Shown: positions 20,956-31,694 of the stretch, in pieces
Numbering within the stretch: the stretch's first letter is position 1
How the letters are laid out: each line of letters starts with the position of its first letter
Assembly (NCBI GenBank): GCA_963737155.1
Contig: CAVTRN010000002.1
Span: forward strand, 2,048,001-2,112,000
DNA from: Nitrospirota bacterium
GTDB taxonomy: Bacteria; Nitrospirota; UBA9217
Reading direction: 5' to 3'
DNA length: 64,000 nt
Translations under genes and position numbers: made by a program
Notes under the pieces: model-generated
Seen by the model: only the letters and a program-made list of their open reading frames with translations
What the model was told of the DNA's origin: nothing
Database searches by the model: none

Positions 20956-20979
20956 ACGTGCACTCAATTATGTGACCAT

Positions 20980-21402
20980 TCAAAACGGTATTTCAGCATC
21001 ACCTGCCGGTACTTCAAATTCAGGCACCTGCTTTAGATCTGTGCTGGTACCTGTAGCCGAACTATTACCGTCCCTTTTGGGCATGAAGTTGACACTTTCC
21101 GCCACAACGTCTATTTTGCTTCGTTTTTGGCCGGTTTCTTTATCTTCCCACCGCCGCTGTTGCAAACGACCATCTATCATGACAGAATCGCCTCTATGAA
21201 GATACTGTCCACAATTGGTGGCTTGTTTGCCGAAGACAACGATATCAATGAAACTCACCTCTTCCTTCGTCTCCTCTCCCTGTTTGTACTTCCGGTTTAC
21301 TGCCAAACCGAAGTTCGCTACAGTAACACCGCTCGGGGTGTTCTTTACTTCCGGATCGCGTGTCAGGTTCCCCAGCAGGATAACTTTATTGAAGCTTGCC
21401 AT
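20980..21402 (-). CDS. ssb: Single-stranded DNA-binding protein
   Basis: MASFNKVILLGNLTRDPE...C-terminal EIPF; GGAGG RBS before ATG 21402. Confidence 0.95.
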   Translation of the reverse strand: MASFNKVILLGNLTRDPEVKNTPSGVTVANFGLAVNRKYKQGEETKEEVSFIDIVVFGKQATNCGQYLHRGDSVMIDGRLQQRRWEDKETGQKRSKIDVVAESVNFMPKRDGNSSATGTSTDLKQVPEFEVPAGDAEIPF

Positions 21403-21452
21403 AGGTTGAATCCTCCAATCATATTTTGTAACATGATCTGATGGGATCAATT

Positions 21453-23109
21453 ACATTAGTAACTAAAGAATCAAAAGCTTCTCAAAATGGGTAGAACAAT
21501 TTGGTGAATATGCATTAAACATGCGCCAGTTGCGGGATTACAGACATATTTCGGATGGTCAATCCCGCAGCGATAACAGCCTTGCCGAGTTTTGAAACGT
21601 AGTACTTGTATGTTTTTCCGACTTTCCGAATAATGCCGTGGACGTGAAGCCGTTTCAGAATTCTCGTCATGGTACTGCTCGTCACGGATGGCAGCTGTTT
21701 TCGTAGAGATTTATTCTGAAGTCCGTTGATGTTGAACTCGCCGCGGGCGAGAACCTCGAACAGTTTGAGATCATCGTCGCTGAAGAGATTGAAGCCCTTG
21801 TAGGAACGGTCGCCTGTTTCCACGGTCTTTGAAATTTTATCAAGGTTATTGATTCCCGCGCTTTGGTCGTCGAACGTGGAGATGAACTCAAGATAACGGC
21901 GGTTCGAGGCCTTGAAGATCGCCGTAAGGTCAAACAGGCTGTAGATGTTCTTCTTCATGGGTGCGTTCTTGTGGACAGGATCTCCGATCCGCGACTGGAC
22001 TTCCCGATAGTGCTTGAACTCCGAGACGTCGTTGGTCGTGGTCTCAATCCGGAGGATGCTGCCGAACTTGTCGTACATCTTGATGGATGAAGCGCCCATA
22101 TGGTGCTTGATCCGTGTTCCCTGAATTCGGGTGTTGAAGTTGTTGCCCATTTCGCCTTGATAATTGCCGTGGAGCTTCCGACCCAGAAAGGTCGCGATAT
22201 TCTCCGGTTTCACGGAGTGAATGGCGGTTCGAACGATTTGCTCATACAACGTGTGCAGGTCCGATTGCTTCTTGAAAACGATGTCGGTGGCATATTCCAC
22301 CTGCATAGTGCTCCAGTGGTAGGTAAGTCCGTACCCGTTACCGACCGGGCAGTATTGTTTAGCGAATCTGTCCAGTGCATGGTGTAAGTCCGACACCTTG
22401 ATGCTGTCAGAAAGCTCCTGGGCTTTGGGAAAATTATCGATAGAGAGAAACGCGTTCTCCCGAAGAACATAGGGGATTTTCTTTTTTGCCAATTTCGCCG
22501 CCAGCCAGTTGTGGCCGTTCATATAGAACTGGAGCCGGAACGGTGCCCAGGTGGGAACGCGGAGGTAGCACAGGCCGAACGTCTTGTCGATGAAGTAGAA
22601 GTAATAGTGGAGACACTTTCCGGAATCATACTTGAGAAAGGTCTTGCCGGTGTTTTTGTCGTGCCAGGGTTTGTAGCTGGTGCAGGCTTCCATGGCCGAG
22701 AAGATATGAACAAGGCCGGGTTGCTCGCCACGCGCTTTGATGATTTCTTTGATCCGGGCCTCTTTACGGAACGCACCCAGCTTGCGGATGAACTCGATCT
22801 CAATGCTGTTCTCATTCGCGAGGCCCTCAGCGTTCTCCCGGACTTTTTCCTGAAGCGCTTTGGCGAACTGGGCATAATCGAAAATCTTGATCTGTCGGGC
22901 ATAGAGGAATGCCGTCATCCCCTTATCGAAGCACCAGCCGGGCAGCGTGCCCTGCATGATCATGCGGTCATAGCAGGATAGTGAACCGGCTATTTTATCT
23001 TGGTAGCGTTCAGGAATCATCATAGCAACCTCCATGACTACAATGAGTAGAGCCTTCATTGTATCATGGTTTTTATAAAACCTCTTGGTTCCGGCTTGTC
23101 CGGGTTAGG
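21453..23109 (-). mobile_element. 1657-bp insertion element, copy 2 (inverted relative to copy 1)
   Basis: Same ends and length as 11906-13562; one synonymous difference noticed (GGC at 13398 vs GGA at 21617). Confidence 0.92.
21515..23023 (-). CDS. Putative transposase, copy 2
   Basis: Protein identical to that of 11992-13500. Confidence 0.8.
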   Translation of the reverse strand: MMIPERYQDKIAGSLSCYDRMIMQGTLPGWCFDKGMTAFLYARQIKIFDYAQFAKALQEKVRENAEGLANENSIEIEFIRKLGAFRKEARIKEIIKARGEQPGLVHIFSAMEACTSYKPWHDKNTGKTFLKYDSGKCLHYYFYFIDKTFGLCYLRVPTWAPFRLQFYMNGHNWLAAKLAKKKIPYVLRENAFLSIDNFPKAQELSDSIKVSDLHHALDRFAKQYCPVGNGYGLTYHWSTMQVEYATDIVFKKQSDLHTLYEQIVRTAIHSVKPENIATFLGRKLHGNYQGEMGNNFNTRIQGTRIKHHMGASSIKMYDKFGSILRIETTTNDVSEFKHYREVQSRIGDPVHKNAPMKKNIYSLFDLTAIFKASNRRYLEFISTFDDQSAGINNLDKISKTVETGDRSYKGFNLFSDDDLKLFEVLARGEFNINGLQNKSLRKQLPSVTSSTMTRILKRLHVHGIIRKVGKTYKYYVSKLGKAVIAAGLTIRNMSVIPQLAHV

Positions 23110-23112
23110 GCT

Positions 23113-23140
23113 ATTATACAAGAATGTCCATCATTTGCAA
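23113..23140 (-). promoter_or_regulatory. Sigma70-like promoter, probably the original ssb promoter, now facing the inserted element
   Basis: TTGCAA-16 nt-TATAAT ending 3 nt before the element boundary. Confidence 0.6.
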
Positions 23141-23160
23141 TCCACTATTTTAATTGGGTA

Positions 23161-23195
23161 TCAGGATTTTGCGGTTGATGGCCGCAAAATCCTGA
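23161..23195. repeat. 14-bp inverted repeat (terminator- or REP-like hairpin)
   Basis: TCAGGATTTTGCGG-ttgatgg-CCGCAAAATCCTGA, about 280 nt downstream of the larA-like gene. Confidence 0.65.
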
Positions 23196-23477
23196 CGTGA
23201 TCGACTTCTCTGTAACTGATTGATTTTTAGATGTTGCGACCTTTGACATATCCGCTGCGAATACGTATACTGCACGTATAAAGGAGGGGATTTAAATGCA
23301 ATAAAAGCTGACTATAACTATAGACGAGAACTTTGTGGAGCGGCGAAAAGAAGAAGATGTGTTATGCTCGATGTATGTTTCTATTGTTTGATAAGAGTCA
23401 ACTGCCAGAAGTAATTTATTGAAAATCTCTCTCATGATAATCCTGGGGCTGTCTCCTGCCATTATCATGAATTCCAC

Positions 23478-24783
23478 TTAGAACCCAGGCATAAACAGCG
23501 GAACCACATAAGGCCCTTCAGGGATAACGGCCACACGGCGATCACCCTTTGCCTTCACGCTCTCTGTGACAGCAGCCAAGGGTGATTCTATCATGGTGAC
23601 TCCTGTAAGTGTCTGCTCGTCTTCCGACAACCCCTCCGTGTAGAGAAAAATATTGACCCTTTTCATGGCCTTGACCTGCATCTCAGTCTGCCATTCATCG
23701 ATAGCTGCGTACTTTTTATCGATGATGCCATGAAGAAACCGATCGGGTCCTGTGTCTGTCAGGCACATTTGCGCTTCAGCATAGTCGGGCGATCCCATCC
23801 CTTCTGAACATGCAGACACAATGATGAGGTTCGCCGGTCGGCTCCAGTATGTCGAGGGCACCCACCATTCCCTTGACTGTCTGGTAATAAGTTTTATCCA
23901 GTGGGTAACCCGCAGAACTTGTCACGACGGTCCTGAATCTTGTTTCAAGACCGATCTCCACATAGGGCCGCACAAACGAAACCGCTTCAAGGTGACTCTC
24001 GATCGATTTCTCCGAAATTGACAAAGGATATATGACGGTCTCTCATCGATGACTGTATTGACAGCCAGGCACTTTCCCACCATTTGCACTATCTCGATCT
24101 GGGCAGCGTGGAGCGGGTTGCCCTCGATAACACAGTTTGCAGACTTGCAATCCTCCAGTACCCGCGCACTGTGTAACGAGCGTATAGTCTTTTCATGTGC
24201 AATGCCCGGGGCGACAATTTTTCTTCCTCCGGAGTAGCCTGCCATGAAGTGGGGCTCCACCAACCCCACGACAATGCGGAGGTCGGCCTGGATAAAGCGG
24301 CGGTCGATCCATGGCCTCTATGCCGTTTGATGTAGTTCCTATGTATTTATGATCATCATCCTGCCGCGCAAAATGGTTGACGACTGTCACCGTGTCGAGG
24401 ACCCAGTCGCTTCCGACCAGTTCTCGAAGCTCATCCCCTTCATTCGGCCTGTGAAGACCTGTTGCAACGAGAACAGTGATCGAATCGGGGGACATCCCAG
24501 CCTTGATCAGCTCTTTTATCAGTTCGGGGAGAATAAGGCCGTTGGGTACAGGCCGGGTGATATCGCAGATGAGGATGCAGCAACTGCGGCAGCCCTTCAC
24601 CTCTTCACGGAGCGTTTTGCAGTTCACCGGACTTGTAAAGACAGCCTTTATAGCTCCCTCAGGGTCTTTGAGGACAGGCATGACTTTCTTTTGAATCAGC
24701 GTTACATCGATATCCTCCGGTAAATCAAGAGACAGTCCGGTTTTGCCATACTTCATATTAATATTCATCTTCCGGTCCTCCAT
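23478..24783 (-). CDS. larA: Nickel-dependent lactate racemase (LarA)-family protein, split by four apparent +1 insertions
   Basis: DITRPVP, VATGLHR, VNH, GLVEPHFMAGYSGGRK, GNPLH, GYPLDKTYYQTVKG, ACSEG, IPEGPYVVP across ORFs 24193-24783, 23922-24269, 23776-24024 and 23478-23861. Confidence 0.85.
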
Positions 24784-25490
24784 TCACATGCCAAGGTACG
24801 CCTCTCTGACATGATCGCTCTTCAGCAATTCCTGCCCTTTTCCCTCCATGACAATGCGGCCTGTTTGGAGAACGTAGGCACGGGCAGAAATATCGAGAGC
24901 TTCATAGACATTCTGTTCAACAAGCAAAACAGTGACGCCCCGGGCATTGATCTCCCTGACAATATTGAAAATGTCTGATACCAGTTTTGGCCACAGTCCC
25001 AGCGAAGGCTCGTCCAGTATGAGCAGCGAAGGGTTGGACATGAGTCCCCGTGCAATGGCCAGTTGCTGCTGCTCTCCGCCGCTGAATGTATCGGAGCGCT
25101 GCTGCTGCCGTTCCTTTAATATGGGAAACAGATTGAAGACGCTTTGCAGATTATTTTCGACGTCAACCTTAGAGCGGATGGTATAGGCTCCTAACAGGAG
25201 ATTGTCCAGAACAGACAGACGGCCAAAAAGTTTCCTGCCCTCAGGGACCATGGATATGCCCCTTTGTTACGATATCAAAAGGCTGGGCCTGATGAATAGG
25301 GGTATTCTTGAACAGAATTTCCCCTTTCCAGGGATGAATAAGGCCCGCAATGGTCTTGACTATGGTGGATTTTCCGGCGCCGTTGGAACCGATAAGGCTG
25401 ACTATCTCTCCTTCGTTGATCCTGAAAGAAATGTCCTGAACAGCCAGGAGTCCTTTGTAGCCCACGGAAATATTATTTAAGAGTGAGCAC
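24784..25490 (-). CDS. livF: Branched-chain-amino-acid-type ABC ATPase (LivF-like), two frameshifts
   Basis: GSNGAGKST, VPEGRKLF, FSGGEQQQL, LDEPSLGL; GTG at 25490 with shifts near 25479 and 25260. Confidence 0.85.
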
Positions 25491-26215
25491 CGTACTTTTC
25501 CCCCAGATATGCTTGAATAACGTCACGGTCCGAGCTCACTTCTTTCGGTGTGCCTTCCATGATTTTTTTGCCGCTGTTTAGGACAATGACACGGTCAGAT
25601 ATCTGCATGACGGCCTCCATCACGTGCTCGACTATGATCAGGGTCATTCCTTCGCTCCTGATTTTCCTAATGAGATCAATAATCTCCCGCAACTCGACTT
25701 TAGTGAGTCCGGCCATGGATTCGTCCAGCATGAGCAATCGCGGCTGCGTGGCCAGCGCCATGGAGACCTCGAGCCTCTTTTTATCGGCAATTGTCAGCTC
25801 CGTCCCAAGGAAATCCCTTTTCTCATAAAGACCTGTGAAAACAAGTATCTCACCAGCCTTTTCCATGGCCGGTTTGATCCGGCGATAACGCAACAGCCCA
25901 GCCGTAGCAACGTTTTCGAGGACCGTCATTTCGCTTATCACCTCTACAATCTGGAAGGTGCGCGCGATACCAAGATTGCAGACCCTGTCGGACCGCATTC
26001 GTGTTATGTCCTTGCCGATAGAAGAAGACGTTGCCGCCGTCCGGTTTATAGAATCCGGTCACGCAATTGAACAGGGTGGATTTCCCAGCACCGTTGGGAC
26101 CAATAACGCTGACGATTTCCCCTTCCTCAACAGAGAAGTGGATATCGTTGTTTGCAGCCAGGCCGCCGAACCGCTTCGACAATCCCGCGACTTTCAAACA
26201 GATCGCTTTGTTCAT
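25477..26215 (-). CDS. livG: ABC ATPase (LivG-like), one frameshift
   Basis: KRFGGLAAN, GPNGAGKST, GIARTFQ, LDESMAG, VIQAYLG; shift near 26017. Confidence 0.85.
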
Positions 26216-27178
26216 TTCAGTTTCCTACCTATCCTGGCAAAAAGCTTCCAGACTCCTTCAGGATAGTACATGGAAATGAGCGTGATCAATAACCCGTATA
26301 TTAGCATGTCCATGCCTGTTCCCTTGTAGCCGAGAGTGACACGCGTGTATTCAGAAGCAGGTATTAGTATAGCTGCACCAATCACGGGCCCCATTATACT
26401 CCCCGCTCCTCCGAGCATCGCGATAAGAACAATCTGAATAGATGTAGCAAGAAGCATGACGCTCCCGGGATCGATATAAAGAATGTATTGCGCGTAAAAT
26501 GTTCCTGCCATGGCGCTCAGGAAGGCGCTAATCATAATAGCCATGAGACGGTACAGGACGACATCAACACCCAGGGACTACCGCAATTTTATGGCTCTGC
26601 TTGATCGCGCGGAAATAGTAGCCCATTTTAGAGGTAGCTACGAAATAAGAAACAGCAAGAGAAACCAGTAGAAAGACAAGCATGATATAGTAATAAGGCA
26701 GTTTTGAAGAATTGAACAGGAAGTTGGCGAAGGACTCGTGCTTCATGGGCAATGTGAGGCCTTCTGCCGCCCCCACCATTTTCCAGTTGTTAAAGACAAT
26801 CCTCACGATTTCAGCAAATGCGATACTGGCTATTGCAAAATAGTGGCCTCTCAGGTTGGAACATGGATACCCGATAGCTGAGGCCACCAGTGCAGAAGCG
26901 CAGCCCCCTGCGACAAGTCCTATCCAAGGGTTGACCCCATAGGTGATAGACAAATAGGAAGAAGTATAAGCGCCGATGCCGAAAAAGGCCGCTTGCCCGA
27001 AAGAAAACATACCGGCATAGCCGCCCATGATGTTCCACGCAACTCCCAGCATGCCGAACATAAACACGAGGATCATTACATGAATATGAAAAGACTGGTG
27101 AACAACCAGGGGAAAGGCAATGAGCAGCGAGAGGATAGCAAATCCCGCAATAACCTGCCGACCCGTGAAATTACGCAT
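26212..27178 (-). CDS. livM: ABC permease (LivM-like), one frameshift
   Basis: WNIMGGYAGMFSFGQAAFFGIGAY, LRGHYFAI, MLGGAGSIMGP; shift near 26578. Confidence 0.85.
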
Positions 27179-27181
27179 GCG

Positions 27182-28042
27182 TTACCACCCCAGGAGACCC
27201 TGCGGTCGTATCCAGATTGTTATGAGATATATCATGAAGACAATGGCATATTTGTAAGACGGATCAAAGAAGAACCCGCCTAATGTCTGCGCCAACCCTA
27301 CCAGTATTCCAGCAATAAATGCCCCCTCAATGCTGCCGAATCCGCCTAGGGCTACAACACAAAAAGCGATAGTCCCGAACAGACCTCCCACCTGGGGATA
27401 GATGTAGTAATAAGTTGATAAGAAGGCCCCCGCCACTCCGACGAGGGCTGCACCTATTCCAAAAGAAATCGAGTTGATACGTTCGGTATTGATCCCCATG
27501 AGCAGAGCCGCCTCACGATCCATCTCAGTCGCCAATATAGCCTTGCCGGTTTTCGTCCTTTTGAGGAAAAAAATCATGCAGGCAGACGCAATTACGCTCC
27601 CGACGGAAGCCGCAACTTTGGGAACACTGAGTTCGACACCGCCGATTTGCCACGTACCCTGGAGTATTGTGGCCGGCAAAAGCCGGAAATCTGGGGTCCA
27701 GAAATAAACGGCAAGATTGGAGATAAAGATACTCACTCCGAAGGTCACTACCAACTGGGCCAGAATGGGACCCTTCATGACCTTGCTCACAATTAAGCGG
27801 TAGATAAGCATGCCTAAGAAAAACATGCAGACAAAACATATTGGAATCGAAAAGATGGGATCAATGCCATACAGGGTAAAGAGCCAAAAGGAGGTGAACA
27901 TGCCCAGCATGAGAAATTCGCCGTGGGCGAAATTCACGATGTTCATGACACCCCAAATAAGCGTCAACCCGATGGCGACCAATGAATACATAAGGCCGAT
28001 TAATAAACCATCGGCAAGCTGCTGAAGTAACTGATCAGGCAT
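27182..28042 (-). CDS. livH: ABC permease (LivH-like)
   Basis: GLTLIWGVMNIVNFAHGEF, VALGGFGSIEGA. Confidence 0.92.
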   Translation of the reverse strand: MPDQLLQQLADGLLIGLMYSLVAIGLTLIWGVMNIVNFAHGEFLMLGMFTSFWLFTLYGIDPIFSIPICFVCMFFLGMLIYRLIVSKVMKGPILAQLVVTFGVSIFISNLAVYFWTPDFRLLPATILQGTWQIGGVELSVPKVAASVGSVIASACMIFFLKRTKTGKAILATEMDREAALLMGINTERINSISFGIGAALVGVAGAFLSTYYYIYPQVGGLFGTIAFCVVALGGFGSIEGAFIAGILVGLAQTLGGFFFDPSYKYAIVFMIYLITIWIRPQGLLGW

Positions 28043-29333
28043 GGATCAATCCCCCCGCTACTTTCTTTCGTTCCATGCCGGGAATGGCCAGACTAACTGG
28101 CTTCGAAGCCGATTCAAAAGGCCAGATTGTTACATAATCCTGATTTTGTATCTGAACAAGCATTCCTCTCGCGTAGATATTCTGGTTTGTTTGCGGGTCG
28201 AACTTGATTCCCTTCCATGGATAGATAGTCTGGTTGCCGGGTATGTCAGTCTCATGAAGAGCTTTCAAAATAGCTTCCGGATCTGTGGACTTCGCCCGGT
28301 TGATAGCCTCGGCGAGAACAAATGGAGCCATGAAGCTCCGGGCGGCGTTTTCACTCATGTCTATGCCGTATTTTTTTCTGAAAAGGGCGTTGACCTTGGC
28401 CACGAGTGGTTTATTCTTGGCAAGATCGAGTGCAAAGGTCGACCGGACAATTATGTAGTTGCCATCAGCTTTTACCGATGGCAGGTAGCCCGGTTCAATA
28501 TAACCCGCCATAGTCATAATCCCTTTAGGTTGGAAGCCCATTTCCTTGAAAGTCTTGGTAAAGAGAATGGCGTCTGTGATATACGACGCATGCATCAGTA
28601 CGTCCGGTTTGCTAACGATAAGCTTGCCCACCTCGCTGGTTACGTCTGTCGCGTTGGCCGTGTATGATATATCGGCAACCACCTTATAACCAAAATCAGC
28701 GGCATATTTTTTGTAAGCCTTACCGGCATTAGAACCGAATTCCGTATTTTCGTAAAGCACAGCGACGGTATGAACAGTCTGTCCAGTCTTCTTTTCTAGA
28801 TCCTTCAGGAACTGGAACTGGTCCCGGGCAAAAATATCGTCGTGAGGGCTAACTCTGAAAAAGTATTTGAATCCTCTTTCCGTCAGTGTGGGAGAAGAAG
28901 AATCAGAGCATACATATGGAATCCCCAACCTTTCAGTCATCTGACTTGCGGTTTTCGTCACAGCACTCTGGTAGGCCCCGATCATGGCAACTACCTTTTC
29001 CGAGGTAATCAGCCTTTCAGCCTCGGACATTCCGTTTTTCGGGTCTCCCGCAGTATCGGCATATACAATCTCGATTTTTGCTCCCCCCAGGTTCGGCAGC
29101 CCTGCACTCCTCGCCAAAGGCAGATCAAGATCGTATATCCCGTTAATAATATCCACCGCCAGATCGACGCCCCTCTTGCAATCCAGACCAGTTGAGGCGA
29201 TATTGCCAGTCAGAGGATAGACTGCGCCGATTTTGATGACATTCTGCTGTGCTTGCGCGGAAATAGAAAGCACCAAAACCAGCAACAACGATAATGCAAC
29301 AGATAAAACTCTGATCCAATTTTTCGATTCCAT
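28035..29333 (-). CDS. ABC substrate-binding protein (LivK/LivJ-like)
   Basis: Signal peptide, IKIGAVYPLTG, GAYQSAVT; true C-terminus probably VWPFPAWNERK* (TAG 28058-28060) after an extra base near 28097. Confidence 0.9.
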   Translation of the reverse strand: MESKNWIRVLSVALSLLLVLVLSISAQAQQNVIKIGAVYPLTGNIASTGLDCKRGVDLAVDIINGIYDLDLPLARSAGLPNLGGAKIEIVYADTAGDPKNGMSEAERLITSEKVVAMIGAYQSAVTKTASQMTERLGIPYVCSDSSSPTLTERGFKYFFRVSPHDDIFARDQFQFLKDLEKKTGQTVHTVAVLYENTEFGSNAGKAYKKYAADFGYKVVADISYTANATDVTSEVGKLIVSKPDVLMHASYITDAILFTKTFKEMGFQPKGIMTMAGYIEPGYLPSVKADGNYIIVRSTFALDLAKNKPLVAKVNALFRKKYGIDMSENAARSFMAPFVLAEAINRAKSTDPEAILKALHETDIPGNQTIYPWKGIKFDPQTNQNIYARGMLVQIQNQDYVTIWPFESASKPVSLAIPGMERKKVAGGLIHA

Positions 29334-29538
29334 TACGTTTTCCCTCCTCCTATTTTTTTATGTTTCCAAACTTAGTAAGTTTCACAGGACTTTGGCAGAA
29401 ACAATTCGACAATCTCTGGCAGCGAAGTTGAAAGTTCTCCAAATATCGCAATGCGCTTCATCAATTAAAAATAGTCATATAAATGTGTTAAATTCCCTGG
29501 CGGCATTCTCTGTCGGACAACCTCGCTTCCGCTTGATA

Positions 29539-30423
29539 TTACCGTTTTACCTCAATGCCAGCCATTTTTTCATAGTAGCGGACCAAGCTTCCATGATCCG
29601 CATCACCCAGGCCGTCGACTTTAAGAGCCTGCATGATTTCCATTACGGAAGCAGTAAGCTGCAATGGCACTCCTATCGAGTGCGAGGTCTCAAGGACGTT
29701 AGTGAGATCTTTAATATGCAGGTCAATCCGAAACCCCGGATTGAACTTCCGGTCCATTATAAGAGGTGCTTTGGCATCCAGCACAGCGCTGCCGGCAAGT
29801 CCGCCGCGAATGGCCTGATAGACAAGGTTCGGGTCCACACCAGCTTTAGCGGCCAGCACTAGGGCCTCAGAAATTGCGGCGATATTGAGTGCAACTATGA
29901 CCTGGTTCGCTAGTTTTGCGACATTGCCGGCTCCCGCACTTCCGACAAGCACAACGGAACTTGCCATGGCTTTCATGACAGGGCAGCACTTATCGAAAAT
30001 CTCTTTTTTGCCGCCCACCATCACAGAAAGAGTGCCGTCGATTGCCTTAGGCTCTCCGCCGCTCACAGGCGCATCGAGCATTTCTATGCCTTTCTCATCC
30101 AATCTGGCAGCTATTTCACGGCTCACCAGCGGAGCAATAGAGCTCATATCTATGACAACGGAGCCTTTGGCCGCGCCTTCGATAACACCATTTTTTCCCA
30201 AAACCACTTCCCTGACGTGGGGAGAATTGGGCAGCATCGTGATGACGATCTCCGCTTGCTCCGCCACTTCCCTGGGATTCGCCGCAGCGTCCGCCCCAGC
30301 AACGGAAAGTTCATTCACCGCACCCCTGCTTCTATTGAAGACAACAAGCTGATAGCCGGCTTTCAGCAAATTCCTGCTCATGGGTTTCCCCATTATTCCA
30401 AGACCTATAAAACCGATTTTCAT
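29539..30423 (-). CDS. garR: 2-hydroxy-3-oxopropionate (tartronate semialdehyde) reductase
   Basis: MKIGFIGLGIMGKPMSRNL, DAPVSGGEPKAIDGTL, KLANQ, PGFRIDLHIKDL. Confidence 0.93.
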   Translation of the reverse strand: MKIGFIGLGIMGKPMSRNLLKAGYQLVVFNRSRGAVNELSVAGADAAANPREVAEQAEIVITMLPNSPHVREVVLGKNGVIEGAAKGSVVIDMSSIAPLVSREIAARLDEKGIEMLDAPVSGGEPKAIDGTLSVMVGGKKEIFDKCCPVMKAMASSVVLVGSAGAGNVAKLANQVIVALNIAAISEALVLAAKAGVDPNLVYQAIRGGLAGSAVLDAKAPLIMDRKFNPGFRIDLHIKDLTNVLETSHSIGVPLQLTASVMEIMQALKVDGLGDADHGSLVRYYEKMAGIEVKR

Positions 30424-30495
30424 CTGTTTGTCCGCGTCTTCCTTTTGTTATTTATGATTGATTAACACAGATTAAAACATCAGTCACGTTCCAAG

Positions 30496-31281
30496 TTAGA
30501 GTTTGTAGCCAAATTCCGTTATCCAGGCAAGAGAAGACTTGCTGTCAGGAATAGGCACATACTCAAGGCCGACGTATCCCCGGTATCCTGATGCATCGAT
30601 TTCTTTAAAAATAAACGGGAAGTTGATTTCACCAGTACCAGGCTGATGTCGCCCGGGATTATCGGCTATCTGGATATGGCCGATTTTATCAATATGTTTG
30701 CGTAATGTGGCTGCCAGGTCACCTTCTTCTCTTTGAGCGTGGTAGACATCATACTGCAAAAAAACATTCTGCATCCCAACGTCGTCAATAAGTTTAAGCG
30801 CCTGCTCAGTTCGGTTAAGAAAAAACCCATGAATATCGAAATGGTTAATCGGTTCAACCATCAGACGCAAACCCTTTTCTTGCAACACTGTTGCTGCATA
30901 ACGCACATTACCGACCAGGGTTGACCATTGTTTGTCTTCATCATAGCCACTTATTCTCTTACCGGACATACAATTCAACCTGCCGACCCCTAGTGCAAGT
31001 GCATACTCCACAGCTTTTGCAACTCCGGCACGAAATTCTTCGATTCGTTCGGGATTTGCCGCAATTCCCCGCTCACCTTCCTCCCACTTGCCGGCGGGGA
31101 GATTAAACAAAACTTGTGTTAACCGGTTTTGTCCTAGCTGAGCTTTCAGTTCAACCGCGTTGAATTCATAAGGGAATAAATATTCGATGGCTGAAAAACC
31201 TGCCTCCCTTGCGGATACAAAGCGCTCCATAAATGGCACTTCAGTAAAGAGCATTGTCAAATTTGCTGCAAACTTCGGCAT
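30496..31281 (-). CDS. hyi: Hydroxypyruvate isomerase
   Basis: MPKFAANLTMLFTE, EYLFPY, EPIN, YDVYH, HIQIADNPGRHQPGTGEINF. Confidence 0.94.
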   Translation of the reverse strand: MPKFAANLTMLFTEVPFMERFVSAREAGFSAIEYLFPYEFNAVELKAQLGQNRLTQVLFNLPAGKWEEGERGIAANPERIEEFRAGVAKAVEYALALGVGRLNCMSGKRISGYDEDKQWSTLVGNVRYAATVLQEKGLRLMVEPINHFDIHGFFLNRTEQALKLIDDVGMQNVFLQYDVYHAQREEGDLAATLRKHIDKIGHIQIADNPGRHQPGTGEINFPFIFKEIDASGYRGYVGLEYVPIPDSKSSLAWITEFGYKL

Positions 31282-31694
31282 TCTTTTTTCCTTTATGTTA
31301 AAAGCAAATTAATTTAGATGACAGCAATCCATTTCTCAGGAAGGACAAAACTTTTACACCAATCTTTTATCAGTAGTCATATCTACCTCTCTATAAGCAG
31401 CTGCATTTTTTATGCAGACACGCTTAATTAACCGGCTGCAAGAAGAAATAAGCGTTACCCAACTTGAAGCAGATTGTAAAATCGATGATTTTAACGCGAT
31501 CCCTTGTGTTATTATATCATAGCAACTCGCCTTTCGGTGTGTAATTAGCCAGTTCACTATAACTTGTAACAGTAATGGCGCAAATAATTACTAAGAACGA
31601 TGATAGCAGCACGTAAAGTCCCAATCTGCATCCGACAGCTACTACCTATTGTTCTTTTCAACATTATCATGATTGATTCCCTCAAATTAAGCTG

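Noticed and set aside
11906-23109. Composite transposon formed by the two inverted elements
   Set aside because: Each copy reconstructs its own CCTAATGT empty site and copy 2 interrupts a native promoter-ssb junction, so independent insertions are the simpler explanation
23478-28100. Programmed ribosomal frameshifting in the larA/liv genes
   Set aside because: Too many sites, no slippery heptamers seen, and not expected in these families; sequence error is more likely
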